NCBI RefSeq assembly: GCF_008831285.2
Contig: NC_045138.2
Location: 42,470,001-42,534,000, forward strand
Source of the DNA: Nymphaea colorata
Lineage: Eukaryota
DNA length: 64,000 bases
Reading direction: 5' to 3'
How positions within the stretch are numbered: the first letter of the stretch is position 1; every line of letters begins with the position of its first letter. A program made the position numbers and the translations under genes. Below the pieces are notes generated by a model that had not been told where the DNA came from, ran no database searches, and saw nothing but the letters and a program-made list of their open reading frames with translations. This document shows positions 25,176 through 39,289 of the stretch, piece after piece.

Positions 25176-27879
25176 ATAAAAAGAGTGTTCAATGATATAT
25201 AAGATAGTTTATTAAATCGAACTATTTGTTATTTTGCTACTAGTTAAAGGTTTTTGTTTTCAAATTTGTGAATTATGTGTTATATATCAAATACTAAGAC
25301 TTTTGGATAAATTATATAATTTACGAAATAATTTACTTGATTGATTAAATAAGTAATTATATTATTATATAAAAATTTATTTGATAAATAAAATCTTTTT
25401 ATGAGTTCAGCAGTTTTTTCATATTAAATACATTTATTTGATATTATATACAGTGAAGAAGCTTTCAACTTAAAATGAATATCATAATGTGTTTAAGATT
25501 TTTTATTTATTATAAAACATATTTCTTTAAGTTGGATTTAAAAAAAATATTTTTTTTGCTATTAACTTTTTTTTCATACGTGACGTACATGCCAATAGTT
25601 TTTCTTGACACCTTCCACTTTTTAATTATGTAATATACCTATTCTTGAAATCAATTTGACATAACTGTCCATTAAAATTTATAGCAATAAAAAGTGTCTT
25701 TTTCGTATTTTAAAAAATTTCCATTTTTTTGAATTTTTTATTGAAGTTTTCTTTATTATTTTCAATTAAATAAATATATTATTTTAAATTTCCTGATAAA
25801 ATACACAGTGAATAAGCTTTCATACTTTCTTCATAATAATTGTACATATTGATCATTAATTGGTTCCTTTTTAACTAATAACCTATTTTCATTGAGTAAA
25901 CAAATATTTCATGATGATCACTTGTTGTGATTATTAAATCATGTGACCCATATTATTTTTCATTAAAAATACATTATTTAATAATTTTTTCTCATTTTAT
26001 GGAGTTAATTGAAATAATTTGTGTTACACCTTTAAAAAAATGTTTAATAATATATCAGGTAATTTATTCATCCCCTTACCTTTATTATAATAATTGTTTC
26101 TTACATAAAATTGTATAATTACTCCAATGATATATAAGATAGTTTACTAAATCGAACAATTTGTTGTTTTCCTACTAGTTAAAGGCTTTTGTTTTCAAAT
26201 TTGTGAACTATGTGTTATATATCGAATATGTAAGACTTTTGGATATATTATATGATTATACAAAATGACTTACTTTATTGATTAAATAAGTAAATAAAAC
26301 TTTTTTATGAGTTCAGTAGTTTTTTTATCTTAAATATATTTATTTGCGATTAATTTTCATATTTTTAAAAATACTCATTTTGTTAAAATTTCTTGATAGA
26401 AGTTTTTTATTATTATTTTAATTAGATAAATACATTATTTAAGATATCTTGTTTAGTTGATGCCTTAACTATAATAATTTGCTTGTTTACACAAAAACGT
26501 TTTATTAAATATAATATTAATGATCAATTAATTAGTTTTATATGCTATAGTTTCAAATACTTTAAGTTAAATGGTGTACATAGTAACTATATGACGATTA
26601 TTATATGTAACTTTATAAAAGCTATTAGTTCGTAATCAGATTATACATTCATATATAATTTATATTCTTCTTATATCATAACATTAAGTTGGTGCATTTG
26701 GTTAGACCTTTTGCCCAACCATTCATAGGTTGGGGACACCAACTCAAGCTCTTAGGTTCGAATTCAGATATCATCGGATTCAGATGTCAGCACTTGCGTT
26801 TCGGATATCAACTCACAGTTCGGATTCGGATATCAAGGTGTAATTCAGATTCGGATACCAACTCAGGATTCAGATATACTTGTTAAGATGGTTAAGTATC
26901 TGATCGGATATTTACTTAAAACGAAATCCGAATCCGTATCCGATCAGATATTTACTTAAAACCGAATTTGAATCCATATCCAACCGGATAAGATGGTTAA
27001 GTATTCAATCAAATATTTGCTTAAAACCAAATTCGAATCTGTATCTGATCGGATGTTATTTCTTAAATCCGAATCCGATCTGATTTTCTTATTACCGAGT
27101 CTGAATCCGTATCCGATCGAATGTTATTTCTTAAATCGGAATCTGATCCGATTTTCTTATTCGGATGTTAAATTGTTTACCATATTCGATTTTTTAAAGG
27201 CAATTCAGACAGATATCCGATCCGAATCTGATCCATTGACATCCCTACATATTGGGCATGTATTCTCAATCTCACATGACTACAATATCAACAGTCTCAT
27301 GTTTACCTTTCTTTTATTATTTATAGTCTGTATGGTTATTATTGTGAAATATGCTAATTATTGCAAATGCTACTCAGTCATATGAAAAGGAAACCTTGGA
27401 ATTTCCATGGCACAAGTACATTACTCTTGGTTATTATTTCTACTTGATGGTTTTTTGCGTCCATATTATAGTGATGGTTGATTGTTTCCTATTTATAGTT
27501 TGCAGTGATTTCTTTTTTCCGTATGCACATTTAAAGGTTCACATTGGCTGTTCTGAAAGTGTTGAAGTGAGGAGTCGAACAAGTCTATTGGAGAGTAAAG
27601 GCTAGGGGACAGCCAGTATTGTAGATTAATGGAACTTATACCTATTTTCAGTCAGTTCTATTCATAAGGCAAATAGTTTATTTATTTATTTATTTATTGA
27701 GTTTCTGTCGTGTTGTAGCTGTACTAAGCTTGAAACATAATAGACAAGAACCATTTGCATGTGGCAATAAATTTATAGTCATACACACACACAAAAAATG
27801 TGTGTGTGTGTATATCCCTCCCTTTAAAATGCATATTATCATGAAATTCTAACTGTTATGTATGCTTGTAATTCGTGAA

Positions 27880-28400
27880 TTTCTAATGACTGACCATCAA
27901 CAACCAAGCGAGATGTATTTGAATTGTTGGGAGTTACAAATCCCCAGTCGCTTTGTCCATTGGGAAATGTCAAAGTATTCACAATGTTCATGCATACGTT
28001 GGCAAAGTATAACGCCACTGCCAAGAGTTTTGGCCATCGGGAATTCCTTTTCCCATGCAACTTTTACCAACGGTCTAAGGCCATTGGGATATCGATTCCC
28101 AACGGCCTATCGGGCTCATTGACAATAGCTGAATCCATTGGCCAAAACCAGTAATGTTGTAGTGTCGTTAGGAGCACTACAACATTCTTCATTTGTGTCA
28201 GCGGCCTTTACCAATGACACAGGTGACAGATTGCAGACACAACTTTTGGTGATGGCTCTAGTAAGGTGTACTAAGCTCCAACCGGAGAAGCTCCATGCAT
28301 TTTGAAGACAGGAAAGCCATCGTGATGATTTTTCTATTACAATGGCTTAACCCGCCGTTGTATGGCATTTATACAAAAGAATAAACAAACAAATAAATAA
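27880..28400. mobile_element. Two CACTA termini back to back
   Basis: ...AATGTTGTAGTG (ends 28164), a 10-nt spacer, then CACTACAACATT (starts 28175). Degenerate GCCATTGG/CCAACGG subterminal-like motifs nearby. Confidence 0.65.
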
Positions 28401-30483
28401 AGCCATTCCACCGCTTCAACTTCCATATCAGAACTACAAGACCTTTAGCTACAAATCTCCTTCCACATATTTCAGATGCCCCCACTGCCAAAATCTAGAA
28501 AGAGAGAGAGAGAGAGAGAGAGAAAAGCAGCTAGCTAGTTAGCTGATCGATCGGGAGAAGACTTTTGCCAGAAAAGAAGCTCTCAAAGCTCTCTTTTTTC
28601 CAGCCAAACAAATCTCTGGAAGCTATTTTTTGTGGAAATAAGGCCTTCGGCTGGCCTAGAGATAGAGAGAGCGGTGATTGCTATCACCAATGAATGAATG
28701 CCTTTTGTTGGCTATGATTGCCTGTCCTTGCCTATTGCATTTGCCACCTGTGACTGCCCATTGATGATACCAAATATGATGTCCGCTAATTGATCACTGT
28801 GAGAGTGCTTGTGAAATATTTGTGTGCAATGAAGCACGAACATCTTACATAAAAAGTGAGTACTTGTGAAATACTTGTGTGTGCCAAAGCACATAAATGT
28901 GGGTACTTGTCAAATGCTAGCAAAATTTGATAAAATTCCTTTGTTTGCATCTCTTGTATCTCGTAAGGACTTGTACAATTTCATTTACTATAAGGACAAA
29001 ATATTTTCATCTAATGTTATGAAGCACTTCTAAAACAATTGTTCTTTCACTTCCAAATGATAAGCCAAAAAGACTTGCTCTCTATGTCATAGGGATTCTT
29101 CGTGCAAGATTTGTCACTGTCCTGACTCCCTTCATAATCAAAAAAAGCTGATGTTGTCATTTATAAGAGAATTCTTGACTCGGGAGACCTTGGCTTTCCA
29201 AATAGATATTCTTGCTCGCTTGGATTTTTTTTTACGTTGCCATTTTTTGGCTTTTTTATTCATATCCATGTTTTCTTGATTTTTCAAACCGGTCATCACC
29301 TATGGAGGAAATATCTTGCCACCCCCCAGGCAACTATGAGGATTCATTGCTTTGATAGACATGTAGCATTATCATGTGCAATGTCATGTTTACCTAGGCT
29401 TTTTACTAAATCTTTGTAACAAGTTTTGTGTCCAGAGTTTCCAGACCAATTGGCCTTAGGGTACCATGTATAGACTACTCAAACTCAGAAGGCTTTAGAA
29501 GACATGATGAGTAGAAAAATGTTCATAGATCACATAACTTTGCAGAATAGAGACAAATCAACTTTATGTATACCTGGTATTGTCGAGTATTGATCTCGTG
29601 GAATGACTATATTTACCCGAGCCCATCTCTCAATGCTCTTCTTTTTTTCTTTTTTTCTTTTTTTTTACGTTTTGCCTGTGTTGCTTAGGTCAACTTAGTC
29701 TTTCTTTTTCTAGTTGAGTTTTGATAAAGTCTTGTTTTACTTGAGGAAACAAAGTTAGTAATGTTTCCTAGACCTTTGATTCCCTCTATCTCGTTGAACT
29801 ATTTTCAAGACTTATAATGTGATCTTGTAAAAATTTTGTCTTTTGGCGATCATCAAATCATTGGTTAAAATTTTCTTGTTCTTTTAAAAAAACCGAAATA
29901 GTTAAGTGTTTTCAAGATATGATATGATAACTTGTAAGAAATATTTATCAAACTTTAAATGCTTGTAATGCTTGTATGTAACGAGGCACAAAAATGTGCA
30001 CTGAATTGTGAGAATATGCACAGTTGTGTGAAATCTCACATTAAAATGCAAGTGCTTGCACGCTTGTGGATTTTGTTCAAATACGACTGCTTATATACTT
30101 GTGTGTTTGTAGATGCATGTGAAGATTTAAACTTGTATGTGGCAAGACCCAAAAATGTGCAATAAAGTGCAAAGATATCTATTGAGGTGCATGTACTTGT
30201 GTGCACCAAAGTGTAAAAATCTTATGCAATGGTATGTTTTCTTGTGCATGCTGGAGCCCCAAAATCTCATGCTGAGACACATTTAGTTGGGTATGCCGAA
30301 GAGCAAAATTGTTATATTAGAATACAAAAGTTTGAAAACTTATGTAGACTACTATGTTCACTTGTGTGAGACAAAGTGCAAGGTACATTTACTTAGAGGT
30401 GCTAAAGCATGAAATCTTATACCAAAACATGTTTACTTGTGCATGCTGAAGTGAAAAAAACTTGTATCAAAATATAGGGAACC

Positions 30484-30870
30484 TATGTGCACCGAGGTAT
30501 GAATATTGAAAAAAATATGTGTGCACCAAGGTGTGAGATTTGGAAAAACTTGTATGCATCAAGGTATGAATATTGAAAAAAAAAATGTGTGCACCAAGGT
30601 GTGAGATTTGGAAAAACTTGTGTGCACCAAGGTATGAAACTAAAAAAACTTGTATGCTTCAAAGTGCGGAATTTAAAAACTTGTGTGCACCAAAGTGTGA
30701 AATTAAAAAACCTGTGAGCAATGAAATGTGAAATTGAAAAACATGTACGTATTGTAGTGCAAAAAATTACCAGCTTAAATGGACCAAAATTGAAAAACAT
30801 GTATGCAAAGTGCAAAATTTGAAAACATGTATGCATTGAAGTGCAGAATTGGAAAAGTCATGTATGCCTG
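30484..30870. repeat. Degenerate ~30-bp tandem array (TGTGTGCACCAAGGTGTGAGATTTGGAAAAACT-like)
   Basis: About a dozen visible units, with more decayed units back to ~29980 and at ~28800-28920. Confidence 0.8.
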
Positions 30871-31156
30871 AAAACTTAAGGCCCTTGAAAAAAATCATAA
30901 AATTGAAAATTTGATATACACTTATATGTCAGATTGAAATTTTCCTTGTTGAAAAACTGTTTGTCGCCATTTTCTCACAACTTGTAATGTTCCTGTAGAA
31001 AAGATGCCCTAATATAAAGGGCACTGAAGAGAATGCATGAATAAAGACAAGATACTAGCGTGACCATCAAAGAATACAGCACATGAAGGAGTACAAAAAG
31101 ACTTGATCATGAGAGAGGGAAATTGGCTTTTATTTAACAAAGAAACTTGAGGAGGG

Positions 31157-31422
31157 GACCTCTCTCGTCCCTACATTACATGAACAAGAAATGAAATCAT
31201 AACAAGCTTGATTTGAACTTTCAATTTTTTACTCATGATTGAGAATGGATTCCGGTGTCTAGGTCACATCTAAGAATATAATATACAATGTGACCTCTCT
31301 CGTCCCTACATTACATGAACAAGAAATGAAATCATAACAAGCTTGATTTGAACTTTCAATTTTGAACTCATGATTGAGGATGGATTCTGGTGTCTAGGTC
31401 ACATCTAAGAATATAATATACA
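31157..31422. repeat. Direct tandem duplication, period 135 bp
   Basis: GACCTCTCTCGTCCCTACATTAC...AATATAATATACA at 31157-31287 and 31292-31422, nearly identical. Confidence 0.95.
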
Positions 31423-31920
31423 TAGCGACTGACAAAAATGACATGGTGGGGGTACGGACAGACATGCAAATGAACATGCAAATTGAAGATAGCTAGACTA
31501 GGCGATGACACTGTACCTATTAATGTCGACCCAATAGAAGGTTCAAACTAAATGACTATGTCACCATTGACAGGCTGAAGAGACCCTATAGGATGATAGT
31601 GGGAGGGGAAATTCTAGACGATTTTGACATAGAAAAACAAGGATTCTTTCGAAAATTTTTGACCCGTTTTTTTGTTATGAAAATCTTGAGCACAGGATTA
31701 ATGAATGTGATGCAAAAAATATAAACATGTAATCAGAGAAGGTACACAGAATGCGTCAGACATCACCGCCTATTGAGATGACTCTATCATGCAGATGTTT
31801 GAAATCAGCTTACTCACCTAGAACTAGATATATAGGACTTGAGATTATCAGTTGTTTCATATACCAAATATATTTATATACTAGATAAGAAGTTCAAAGT
31901 ATATAGCATAGACTCCTCAA

Positions 31921-32016
31921 AATGGGATTCTAAGGGTTAAGGATCTTCGTTCTCCTTGATCACTCACCAATGGGATTCTAAGGGTTAAGGATCTTCGTTC
32001 TCCTTGATCACTCACC
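31921..32016. repeat. Perfect 48-bp tandem duplication
   Basis: AATGGGATTCTAAGGGTTAAGGATCTTCGTTCTCCTTGATCACTCACC occurs twice. Confidence 0.95.
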
Positions 32017-35000
32017 AATATACCAGACTAATGCCTAAATACAAGTAAGGGGATGGCCAATAGCTGCCCCCAATAGGTTGGTACTATCATTGAACCACCA
32101 TAAGCTAATGCATATAGGGATATTCTAGGCATGATAATGGGGACATATAGGTGAGGGGAAATTTTTAAATATGCAATCACTTGCATAAACAGTTGGCTCT
32201 AATGCAATGTGACTTAAGACGTGGGTTAAAATCAATGACAGAAGCAAACATTATTTACATACAACTCCTAAATTGAGAGAGGCAATATGTAATTCTAAAT
32301 CTACATGAACATGAAAATTTTCAATCAATTCCATGTCCTATTTGGCAATAAAAATGTACATACGTACATTTATTGAATCATGATGACACCTACGTGACTC
32401 TAAGAGTGGGACGACATTTAAGACTTAGGAAAGTGAAACATTTCATCTAGTCAAACAGTGACAAGCCTCATCATAGTCACTAGTTTTGCTTACATGTAAA
32501 ATTTTTCAACTTTACATGTAGACCATATAAATGAGATAAAATATTTGCACTTGCCTTCATTCTTTGTGCAGGACTCCGAGAGATAGGACCCAACCCGTCA
32601 ATACCAGGTCTGACTATTTCTGATACCTTTATCTGGGGTAATCAAATCAAAATAAGGGCTAAACTAAAATGTTCCATTTTTTACGTCTCAGTGTCATTTA
32701 GATCCTAAGGAAAGCAAACATACATTAATCTTGAAACCATGCTTGTTTTAAAATTTAAATAGATCTCAAAAGTAGACTTATGAACAACAAGAATTAAATC
32801 TTTCATAATAGAAATCTAAGATGTCATATCATGTTATTGGGATTCATGGTCCAAAATCCAGGGTCAAAGATCTGGTAAATTTGTACTTGTATTAATGTAG
32901 TTTGATCTTCTAAAATTCAATTTTTGAGAGCATAGATTGAAATTTGATGATGACATGGTTCAAAATTCTTGTCCAAAGTTTAGTCCTAAAGATTTATAAT
33001 CCAATGTTCATTGTGCCAAATCTGAAATCTGAAATCCAAGACTTGAAATCTATGATCCGAAATCTAATGTTTTAGATCCAATATTCAATATCCAGGATCC
33101 AAGGTTCGAGAACCAAAATCCAAGATCTATAATTCGAAATCCAAAAATATAAGATTTATGATCCAAAGTTCATGATATGATATTCAATATTGAGACCAAA
33201 ATCTGATATCGAAAATCTGTAATCTATGATCCATGATCTGAGATTCAAAATTTGAGATTCATGATATGAGGTTTATAGCCTAAAATTCATAATCTATCAT
33301 TGTGATTATTTAGATCTAAATCCAAATTCATGATAATATCATGTTTAAAATCAAAAACTGATTGAAATCCAGGATTTTGATGACTAAGGCTTTGTCAACC
33401 AAAGGACTGGTTTCGGTCTTGCTTGAGCTGGGTTTGAACTTACCTAAAGATGGTTTTGATTGTGGTGGATGTGTTTGATCATAGTCAAACCATATGAAGG
33501 TTTTGAGAAAATTGACTAGCTCTAGGCCATGGGACTGGCTTCAAAGGTAGTGAACTCTACGACCGGTCTGGGCTAGGTCTTAGAGAACTAAACTAAGGTT
33601 AGACTTTGTGTCTACATGACTTAGGGTTTTGGAAATCATGTGAAAAGTTTATTTTGAAGACATTTTAGAAAATTATGATTTTCTAATGGTTCCTGCATGG
33701 AGACCAAACTTGATTCAAGTTTTCATATACCTGGGCTAATGCCACAGGGTATAAGCTATTTTTGGCTGACCTGGTCCGGTTTCAGACAAGGGGTGCATGT
33801 GGTACAAAGGGATCTACTGCATGTTAAAATACATGTGCGATACATGACTAATAAAAGCATACAAGAAATACAATCTTAGTGCATGATGCAAAGCAAAAGA
33901 CTAGAAATCATGGAATTGAAATGGAAACAAAGGAAAGAGAGCGAAACATTTCATAACGAGGATGAATGCACTAAAGTCTCTCAAGAATTAAACTATATAG
34001 ATGAATTCTAATTCGAAAATGAGAAAAACATATAAAGACGTAAAGGAGATGTAGGTTACTTGAGCCAGGCCATGAATGTAATCACCACATGTAACATTGT
34101 TGGTTTCTGGAAATTCATTTAAAAACCTTATTATCGTAGATTGAACAATTTTGGATCCAAATTTGAAATCTAAATTTATGAAAAATGGTTCTGGACGTGG
34201 GAATAAGCTTTTATTGGATTTATGTCTGGATCAAAATCATTTGGATTTGAAAATCTATTTATTTGCAAATGAGTGTTGGACTTGGAATTTAATACATGAT
34301 TTTGGGTAGAACCTGGATATAGATATGAAATCTAGTTTATTTGGATCCAGATATAGCTTGGTAAAGTGCATGAACTCCATTTTAATTTGAGAACCACTTT
34401 ATCGAGGTTTGGAAATATATTGAAGATTGGCCTTTTCAAACATGGGCTAAGGAAACAGTCTATGTTAGGTAGGCTTTGTGTGGTATATTTAAAAGATAAC
34501 AAAAAGGGGGATTGATGCTTCACCACCACACGCTCAGACAGAAGCATCAGAAAATGGATAATTATTTAAGCTTTACAAGACTACGATGCTCGCCAGACAA
34601 GAGCCTAGTGAAAACTCTCAAAAACAAAATTGCCAAATTGCCGCTTAAGTTTTCACTCAAGCGTGCATGTACCCATCCCGATTCAAATCATACATGTAGT
34701 TTGAATCCAAATATTGGGAATTCGTGTTGGTTGTTCATTGCTCTCCTCTCCTAAAAGAGTAGCTTGCAAGCTTGGGGGAGAGCGGCACATACAAACAATG
34801 CTGCTCACACTTTTTTACACCAATTAAAGGATCATGAAGCAATGTAATCTGAAAAGCTATGCTACAAGATACTGTGCAACAAATGTGGATGATCACATGT
34901 CCCATATTGATAAGACTTTGTAAGCAAGACCTTGAAGAATAAATAGCAAAAATTGGATAGCATGCATACATGATTGAAAACAAAATATGAATTAAATGTG

Positions 35001-37191
35001 TGTATGCATAACAATTTACACAATGATCAATGAGATCAAAACGGATTACAAATGCAAATAGCCGCAGGATGTAAGCATCAAATGAATGCTAATGATTTGT
35101 ATGTTGAAAAACAAGTTATAAATTTGGATGAATAGGTGGCGAGAGAAGAGTGCACAAATAGGCATTATTAGCTTTGCAATCCAATAACAATGCACAAAAC
35201 TGTCTGCAAAAGAGGGGATTACCTATTGCAGACATCTATGGCACAAGTGATGAATGACAAGCATGATGAAACCAAATTGATATAAACCGGAATTCTGAAC
35301 AAAGTGCATAGCCGAAAATTGAATAGTGAGACAGATCATGAAGGACATGGTGTATATAAATCCAATTTGAAAAGAGGAATAAAACAGTAGACATATGCAC
35401 CCTAATCTTCCCAAAATGAAATAAACAAAGGGATCGCTAAGATGGCTAGTATGATCTCCAATGGGGGCTGATTTATCGCCGGCAGTTCATCACCCTGCTC
35501 CTTGCATGCGGTTTGTTATGCCACTCACCAGCCCAATAGCAGAAATTGGGAGCCAAAAAAAAAAGCAGCAAAAAGACGAAATGGAAAAAGAAGAAGATAC
35601 ATTGAACAGAGAGAAGGGAGCAGTTGAGAGCATGGTCATTTATTGCTGGAGTGCCTTGTGAGTCTCTCCGTTGTGAAAAAAAAAAAAAAAAAAGTGAAGC
35701 CTCTTTAATTTAGCTCCTCTGCCATGCTGCCATCTGAATGATGGTTTACCAACGAGGACATGCAGCACCTGTCCCGCCTGACCTAGGGGAGGAAATTGAG
35801 AGGGACGGTTATGGAAGTGGCCGCTGTACATGACGGTGGTAGGGATTTCCTCGAGCAGGGATTCCGGTGGTGGTGGAGCGACGGGCAACAGACGCTCAAG
35901 CAGGGGAATCAGGTCCAGGAACGGCTTGTTGTTGGTCTTCTCGGCATGGAGGCAGATCGTCCGCTTCATCATCATGTTCTTCCTCCTGAGGTCAATGAAA
36001 TCGCCCCTGAGACCCTTGCAAATACCCTGGAGCTGGTTGGATCCAACATTGTCAGCTGCAGCAATGAGCACCTAGCTCTACTGGTCCATCAACTGGCAAA
36101 GCTTGTTGTCGTTTGCGACCTTCTTCTTGACCTAGGCGTATTGTACCGCCATTTCTGCTGAAGGAAAAACACACAGCTACCAAAAACTAGCAAATGACGT
36201 AGAAGGCAAAAGGATGGGGATCAGAGAGGCAAAAAGAGGACCAAGATGGATAGGGAGAAGCACCTATCAATGCCGACAGCAGGGCATTGTCTCTTTAACC
36301 CCCAAAACAAAACCATCTAAATCCAAAGAAAAATGGGGGAGGGAACACGATCGAGAAGGAGGGAAAGAGCTTGATTTGATTTTAAATCTTTGAAATTGAT
36401 CTAAAAATACTTTACAATTGATTTAAAATCATCTGAAAATTAATTGAAAACCATTTAAAATCGCTTGGAAATTGATTTGAAAATATCAAGAAATTGATCA
36501 TGATTAACTGAAGATTAACTGATAATTCTTGGAAATCAATTTTGAAGTGATCTCAAAAACTTGGGCATTTTTGGAATTGATTATTGACTATTTGAAAAAT
36601 GCTTCTAAAAATCATTTTAATGCTTCATTTGAAAATCCCTTAAAACTGATGGATAAATATCCAAAATTTTGATTTTAACATGAAATTCCTTTAGCTTGGG
36701 CAAAATGGTAATTTTTAGCTTGGATGACCTAGGTGATTTGAATCTAACTGCTCAATGTTGAAATAAAAAATGTCATGACCCTTGTTCTTGACATTTGATT
36801 TTCGCGACCACTTTAAAATTTTCATGGTGAAAGGTAAAATAGTCTTTTGGACTTGTGCAAATTTTGAATGTTCACTACAGTGAAATGAGAAAGATAAAAT
36901 GCATGACGTCTACCGAGAAAATTTCTCAATGGAGAGGAAAAACCCGGTTTCTTAGCCCCTTTTCCCGAAAATATATTTACTCCACAAGTTTTGGAAAGTT
37001 CATATAACCACCTACTTTTGCCTCTTTCATGATGACCCATTTCATCTCTACCAGGATGTGGCATGGCGACGGCTGAACTTAAAGTCGCCTATTCAGCCTT
37101 CTCTTGTAGTGGAATTAAGATTTGATAACAAGAAAAGCAGAAACTGCTGTCCTTTTAGATATGTGAACATAACTAAAAAAGATTTGAAGCA

Positions 37192-37553
37192 TTGGTTACT
37201 AACTTTCAATATAGTTTTCTTTCACCTTTTCTTGGTGTCCATGTGGAAGCATGTTCATATTTCTATCCACATTTTTCAACAAGTTTCACATGATTAGAAA
37301 TAAATGGTAATTTTTGTAAAAGAAAGTCTACAAATGCAGGGTACTATAGCAAACAAAAATGAACATTCTTCCTCTACAAATATAGGGTACTCTAGCAACA
37401 AATATGAACATTCTTCCACATGGACATGCTTCCACATACCACTTATTTCTAATCATGTGAAACTTGTTGAAAAATGTGATAGAAATATGAACATGCTTCC
37501 ACATGAACACCAAGAAAAGGTGAAAGAAAACTATATAGAAAGTTAGTAACCAA
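37192..37553. repeat. Long inverted repeat (fold-back) with ~117-bp arms and ~127-bp spacer
   Basis: 37192-37309 is the near-perfect reverse complement of 37437-37553. Confidence 0.95.
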
Positions 37554-39289
37554 AAATTGCAATGCAGAACCACCTTGAATAACATATGACAAGGGATCGA
37601 CTCTACCACCTGAAATGAATGTTTACCGACATTAAGATCTCCCCGATATACAAAACAAGGGTTCATAATTATCTATGACAAATGATGTTCGCCATCAGAA
37701 TGTTCTCTTTATTATCTTCACAATGAAATTGCTAGCAATGTTCTAGTAGATCATGCAAAATCAAGAAACAACTATCTGGTTATATGTTTTGGAAGAATCT
37801 TGTTGGCAGCATAGCACTAATTGGGGCACCCACATAGCAGCCATTGGTTTACTCTAGTAGAAAGGACAGCATCTCTAGATTACATAAATGGTCTCATACT
37901 ACTAGCACAAAAACAAAAAACTTATACTTCAAGCAAAGGATGGTATGAAGGTCTTCTCTAGCATTTCAGCTTGCTATAAAAAAAAAGGCACATAGAACTG
38001 GAAATTGTGCCGCCACACAAAAATACTATTTTGACTTTTTAGGCCTGGAATCATATAAAAGGATAAGAAAATGGATAAAGCAGCATCAGTGTTGTAACTA
38101 TGTGAGAATCAAAGAATTATGCCAAACAATCCATGCACACAAAAAAAGAGACACCAAAAACATGTTCAACTTGAATAGAGAACAGGATTTAACCAAACAC
38201 CAATTTTACATAGTATTAAATTAAATCACGAACAAAGAGCTCTAGGAAATGATCCCACAAGTGATGCCTACAAATGGAAAATTGATCATAAAATGTTGAG
38301 TGTTTTCTAGTGTTAGATCAGATGTGGTTTCATAGTAACTAACCACCATAGGAAGCCTTGTTTAGTTTTATTATAAACACAAATCTATAAGCCCAAACAA
38401 TCACTGAAGCATAGTAGAAAATTATAAAAGAATGAACCAATACAGATGTGCACAACTTCCATAACAATAGACAAATATAAACATTATCATCCTTAGTTGG
38501 TCTTATGAACCCAATTGTCAATGTAATTTGTAAGACTATAACAGTGAAGGCCCATTGAATTGTATTCAATAACTAGAATTAAAGGTCATGCCAGCTCTAT
38601 TTGTGATCATCTGGTCAGGTCAAATCAGGTGACTTGACTGATCCAAGGTCAACCTATTCAAGTCCCTACACAAATTTGCAATGCTTATATTAACATGCTG
38701 AGAATAACTGCATATATACAGGGTCAGATTCATATCCAACACCATAGTTGACAATTCCAAAAACTAATAGGGCTTCTGCAATAACAAGAGTATTAGTCCT
38801 TGAAACAAAAATCAATCTATCAACAACTCCACAAATTGCCCTTGCCAAGTATGAAGAGAGGAAATGCATACCAAACTTGCTGCAGCATTGGCTTTTCTGT
38901 GTTCCTTGTTTGAGGAGAACTGTGAAATCTGTTACAAAAAATTGAACTGATGGGGAATACTTTAGGACATTCAAATGTGGAACACTATTTTGCAGCCATA
39001 AGGAATTTAACTACCTCAGGAGTATACAAATTGCATGAAATCTAAAAAAATTAACTCAGTCATCATTTTAACATGAACAACAGATATATGAACTATGTAT
39101 CAAGCTAACAAAACACATGATCACACCATGCACCACTATGTTCTAAAAAACTGTCTGTCAGGATGAACATGACCAATAATTTATATCATATTTACAAATA
39201 TTTTCCAAAATAAAATGTAAAGTTCTTTTCCAAGATCAGCCATATGTTGCTATCAACTAGTAGCTCCACAATGCATCAGCTTCGGTGAA

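Larger units (their letters stand above)
16806..27247 (-). mobile_element. hAT DNA transposon, 10,442 bp, both ends intact
   Basis: TIRs TAGGGATATCAACGGATC / GATCCATTGACATCCCTA. Perfect 8-bp TSD CATATTGG (16798-16805, 27248-27255). ATCCGAATCC-type subterminal arrays at ~16820-17240 and ~26750-27240. Confidence 0.95.
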
